Shown: positions 17,093 through 20,000 of the stretch, piece by piece
How the letters are laid out: each line of letters starts with the position of its first letter
Numbering within the stretch: the stretch's first letter is position 1
Source: an uncultured virus (IMG/VR IMGVR_UViG_3300005920_000007)
Lineage: Duplodnaviria > Heunggongvirae > Uroviricota > Caudoviricetes
IMG/VR virus record: IMGVR_UViG_3300005920_000007
Strand: one strand, 5' to 3'
Length of the DNA stretch: 20,000 nucleotides
Position numbers and translations under genes: made by a program
The notes under the pieces: model-generated
The model's input: the letters and a program-made list of their open reading frames with translations, nothing else
Database searches by the model: none
Told to the model about the DNA's origin: nothing

Positions 17093-17509
17093 GTGAGTTA
17101 TATGTCTGACTTCAGTCACCTACAAGCGCCTAGAACGCGTATTGAACGACAATTTAACGCCGCTGCCAGCGCACTGGTTAAGCTGGTGGAACGTAAAGCA
17201 TGGCGTAGCCGACCGCTAGCTACGCTTGGCGCGTGCGCCCTCGTATACTGGGCCAACACCGCGTTTGCTCTGTTATTTTGTACAATGGGGCTGTACCCAC
17301 TTGTTGTGCTTCAAGCTATTCCGTCCTTTGAACAGCACCCCGTGCTAGTCTCTTTTATACTTTGTCACGGCATGACCGCCGCAATGAGTGGCCTTACTTA
17401 CAGCATTGACAGAAAACGTCGCCATGCGGATGCGTCGCTGCGATACAACGCTTGGCGAGAAAGTGAAATGAGACGTCAATCACTCTACCTTAATTACCAT
17501 CAACGATAA
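17093..17509 (+). CDS. Small membrane protein
   Basis: AAGGA RBS; two hydrophobic segments. Confidence 0.7.
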   Translation: MSYMSDFSHLQAPRTRIERQFNAAASALVKLVERKAWRSRPLATLGACALVYWANTAFALLFCTMGLYPLVVLQAIPSFEQHPVLVSFILCHGMTAAMSGLTYSIDRKRRHADASLRYNAWRESEMRRQSLYLNYHQR

Positions 17510-17520
17510 GGCCGTCAACC

Positions 17521-18195
17521 ATGACCATCAAAGACAACGCCCTATTCACAGAAAACACCTTGCTTGGCTTTTTCCTTGCGCGTATTGCAGGTGACAGCGG
17601 TGAGTCTATCGCTACCATCGTAAACAGCGTGCTAAGTGAAGCGTCTGTCCATTACCTTGAGGACTCGGTGTGGTCTATTGAGACCAGCAATGAAGATAAT
17701 GACAACGCGTTACTTAGCAGTGAAGATGTTTTAGGTATCATCGATGATGCGCTCAGCGATGATGTGGAGAAGCTGCTTTCTACTATTCACGAATATACCG
17801 ATTTGACCGTTGTTCGTGTCGATGGCGGCTTCCGCGTACAATCCTCTATCACTGGCATTGCGAAAAATCCACCACTGCAAGGCAAAGCGACGGTGCTGGA
17901 GACATCAAGTGGACGTGTATGGTGTACCGTCACAGATGAGAGCAGTCTCATTATGATAGGTCACCAGATGTACAACGCACTAAGAGAGCCTAACTTTGCA
18001 AAAATGTACAGCGGTCGAATGCGGCTCTTTTTCTTGATGGAAAAAAGCAGCGATAAGGTTCTCGTCAATGCCTCTTTTGATAAAATCGATCTCAAAGAAG
18101 GTATGATATTGGGGCCAAAAAACATGCCTTATAACTCGCAGTACGAAGACGACGTAAAGCAACTTCGCGATTACGTTGCAAAATTAGAAATATAA
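17521..18195 (+). CDS. Hypothetical protein with possible degenerate PcfJ-like C-terminal domain
   Basis: The ORF is solid. SL...G.QM.N....Y...LFFL...ILGPKN loosely recalls the PcfJ pattern L..EG..M.HCV...G..N, so the family call is tentative. Confidence 0.6.
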   Translation: MTIKDNALFTENTLLGFFLARIAGDSGESIATIVNSVLSEASVHYLEDSVWSIETSNEDNDNALLSSEDVLGIIDDALSDDVEKLLSTIHEYTDLTVVRVDGGFRVQSSITGIAKNPPLQGKATVLETSSGRVWCTVTDESSLIMIGHQMYNALREPNFAKMYSGRMRLFFLMEKSSDKVLVNASFDKIDLKEGMILGPKNMPYNSQYEDDVKQLRDYVAKLEI

Positions 18196-18260
18196 GATAG
18201 GGCGGAATCTAGCTACCAATCCTTTCAACGGCGAGTGTTGTCATAATAGGTAAAACTTTA

Positions 18261-18308
18261 TTGACAACACTCTCAGTCTTTGGGATAATAACTCTCGTCA
18301 ACACAACA
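18261..18308 (+). promoter_or_regulatory. Repeated promoter/leader element
   Basis: TTGACA-17bp-GATAAT-AACTCTC-GTCAACACAACA. Confidence 0.88.
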
Positions 18309-18321
18309 ACGGAGTTTATCC

Positions 18322-18732
18322 ATGCCAGAACAAACCATCACCCCTGACTTTGATGCCGCGTTAAAAGAATTTGGCTACTTTGACGACAGCACCACCGTGA
18401 TTAAATTGTCTTTAAAGATGAGTGGATTAACTGAGCAGCCCGCGTTCAGCTATCAACCGACGCCTACGCCTGGTCTCACATGGGGCAAAGATGAAGTTTG
18501 CATAAACGGTTCTCGCGTCCAGAAATCATCGCTTTACGTTCCTGGTCTTACACGCTTTGAAGATCCTTTGCCCTTTCATTATACGCCAAACCTTTACGTG
18601 TACACGACGCCTGCGCTTAAAACGCAAGCGATTGCTGATATGAAGCAGGGGATGCGCGCTATTCTTACTCGCAAGAAGATGGAAGCCGAACGCCTCATTG
18701 CGGCCTTTGACGAGGCGATAGATAGCCTGTAA
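18322..18732 (+). CDS. Hypothetical protein
   Basis: 136-aa ORF with GGAG RBS. Confidence 0.8.
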   Translation: MPEQTITPDFDAALKEFGYFDDSTTVIKLSLKMSGLTEQPAFSYQPTPTPGLTWGKDEVCINGSRVQKSSLYVPGLTRFEDPLPFHYTPNLYVYTTPALKTQAIADMKQGMRAILTRKKMEAERLIAAFDEAIDSL

Positions 18733-18849
18733 CCTATAGGGTGGCGTACGTGCTGTGCGTCACCGCAACCAACACTTATACGATCGATAAGGAGAGTATG
18801 CTATGACGTTCGCCTCAGATGAACATCACTTGGATGACAACACCCCTGT

Positions 18850-18875
18850 AAGCCTACCATCTTGGTAGGCTTTTT
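18850..18875 (+). terminator. Intrinsic terminator
   Basis: AAGCCTACCA-tct-TGGTAGGCTT-TTT. Confidence 0.8.
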
Positions 18876-18896
18876 GGCTTTTCTCACACAAAAAAC

Positions 18897-18943
18897 TTGA
18901 CAATCCACACAGTTTTTGCGATACTGATCCTGTCAACACAACA
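18897..18943 (+). promoter_or_regulatory. Repeated promoter/leader element
   Basis: TTGACA-17bp-GATACT-GATCCT-GTCAACACAACA. Confidence 0.9.
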
Positions 18944-18958
18944 ACGAGAGAATATATC

Positions 18959-19543
18959 ATGGCTATGACCATCAACTATGCACCGTCACTAGACTGCTTT
19001 TCACCGAATGCCATTGGTGTAGAAAATGCGTTTGAAGCATTATCCGAGGTGGCAGCACTTTACTTCATTGATGGCGAGCTAAGAGAGCTTGCGTTCCTTG
19101 AGCCTGCATCACCGAGCAACAATCTTCTTGCTGTAGACTTATCATCACCGATCAGCGTTCGCAATGCTGGCGACAGCTTGATTGATGATGCATCACCGTC
19201 ACTTTACGTTGATACCCTTGTAGTATCACCTGCAATGTTAGCCGACATGAAGCCGTGCAACGATACCTTTACCGCGATAGCAAGAGCCGCTGCGCCTCGT
19301 AGCTTTTCGGTGACGGTAACGTCAGAATATATGACTATCATGTTTGACGCGACCCTGTCACGCCCTCATGGTAGCGTATTAAATGGCCTTTCGCTCACGC
19401 TAACGCCAACCTATTATGCAACCGATGATTTCTCTTGGCGCCAAGGCGACGCGTGGCCTGATGCGGGTCGTAGCGTAGAAGATGTTATCCCTCGCGCTAT
19501 CCGACGCCTCGCAGCCGAAGCGGTGTACAACCAAGCCTTTTAA
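18959..19543 (+). CDS. Hypothetical protein
   Basis: 194-aa ORF after the repeat. Confidence 0.8.
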   Translation: MAMTINYAPSLDCFSPNAIGVENAFEALSEVAALYFIDGELRELAFLEPASPSNNLLAVDLSSPISVRNAGDSLIDDASPSLYVDTLVVSPAMLADMKPCNDTFTAIARAAAPRSFSVTVTSEYMTIMFDATLSRPHGSVLNGLSLTLTPTYYATDDFSWRQGDAWPDAGRSVEDVIPRAIRRLAAEAVYNQAF

Positions 19544-19804
19544 CTCTGTGGCGGGGTGCTGTGCGCCCCTTTTGCTACGCGAACACAAAAGCAACGTTTA
19601 TGCTTGCAGATCGTATCGAAGATTACCTTAGTGGACACGTTGAGCGCATGCAGGGCGCATCCTCGCGCGCTTTAGCTGCGAGTTAAGCCCTGCGGTTTTA
19701 TTTGTTATGCTTGATAATGGCTTTCGTACACATTTAACTTACGGTTGATTTTTGTGTAAGGCTAAAATATTCTTTATTTAGTGGCTAGGCAAGGTGTTTG
19801 ATTA

Positions 19805-20000
19805 ATGGCAATGCGTGGATTTAGCATCGATATAACTGATAAGGTTAATAGCAATCAAGCTATCACCTTCGCTCAGTGGGTCGGTGCATCCAACGTCATG
19901 CGTAATCAAAAACTTACTGAGTACAAAAGCCTACTCGCTGCCCAGAAGGGCAGCGAGATAAACAAGGCTTATAGCCATATACGCAAAAATAAAGTTCTCT
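19805..20000 (+). CDS. 5' part of a probable TnpB-like (IS200/IS605 OrfB) gene, truncated by the window end
   Basis: Open to the end: MAMRGFSIDITDKVNSNQAITFAQWVGASNVMRNQKLTEY...INKAYSHIRK. This recalls the OrfB N-terminal pattern Q...L.QW.G..R...N.K...YS. Confidence 0.5.
   Translation, partial: MAMRGFSIDITDKVNSNQAITFAQWVGASNVMRNQKLTEYKSLLAAQKGSEINKAYSHIRKNKVL

Noticed and set aside
2026..18943. Repeats as a CRISPR array
   Set aside because: Intervals are 350-2000 bp of coding sequence, the repeats are degenerate promoters, and no cas genes are present
2026..18943. Repeats as integron attC sites
   Set aside because: There are no RYYYAAC...GTTRRRY ends or long imperfect palindrome, the element lies upstream of genes as a promoter, and no intI is seen
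47..19594. Minus-strand ORFs and short overlapping plus-strand ORFs in the track
   Set aside because: They overlap better-supported + strand genes. Their shared peptides (VVLTGLVSQ, FEILILS) are just translations of the DNA repeat.

Overview
This window is a dense array of about 30 mostly short, co-oriented (+ strand) genes. Nearly all are unrecognisable, which is typical of the accessory or early region of a large mobile element (megaplasmid, ICE or large phage); the element type is inferred, not shown. The main signal is non-coding. About 20 copies of a ~47-bp element (consensus TTGACA-ACACWCWCAGNTTTTGM-GATACT-AAYCCT-GTCARCACAACA) each sit 10-20 bp upstream of a start codon. The element is a sigma70-type promoter (-35 TTGACA, 17 bp, -10 GATACT) whose -35 box is mirrored by an inverted TGTCA at the predicted start site. 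This divides the region into 1-3-gene, apparently co-regulated cassettes. Recognisable cargo includes a YfbR-like HD nucleotidase, a DUF3268-like zinc-finger protein, a candidate winged-helix regulator, a diverged paralog pair, several acidic small proteins and a secreted Cys-rich protein. A second short repeat, made of an inverted leader motif plus a terminator, closes two cassettes. The window ends in the 5' part of a probable TnpB-like gene. All family calls are from memory of motifs; no database search was run.
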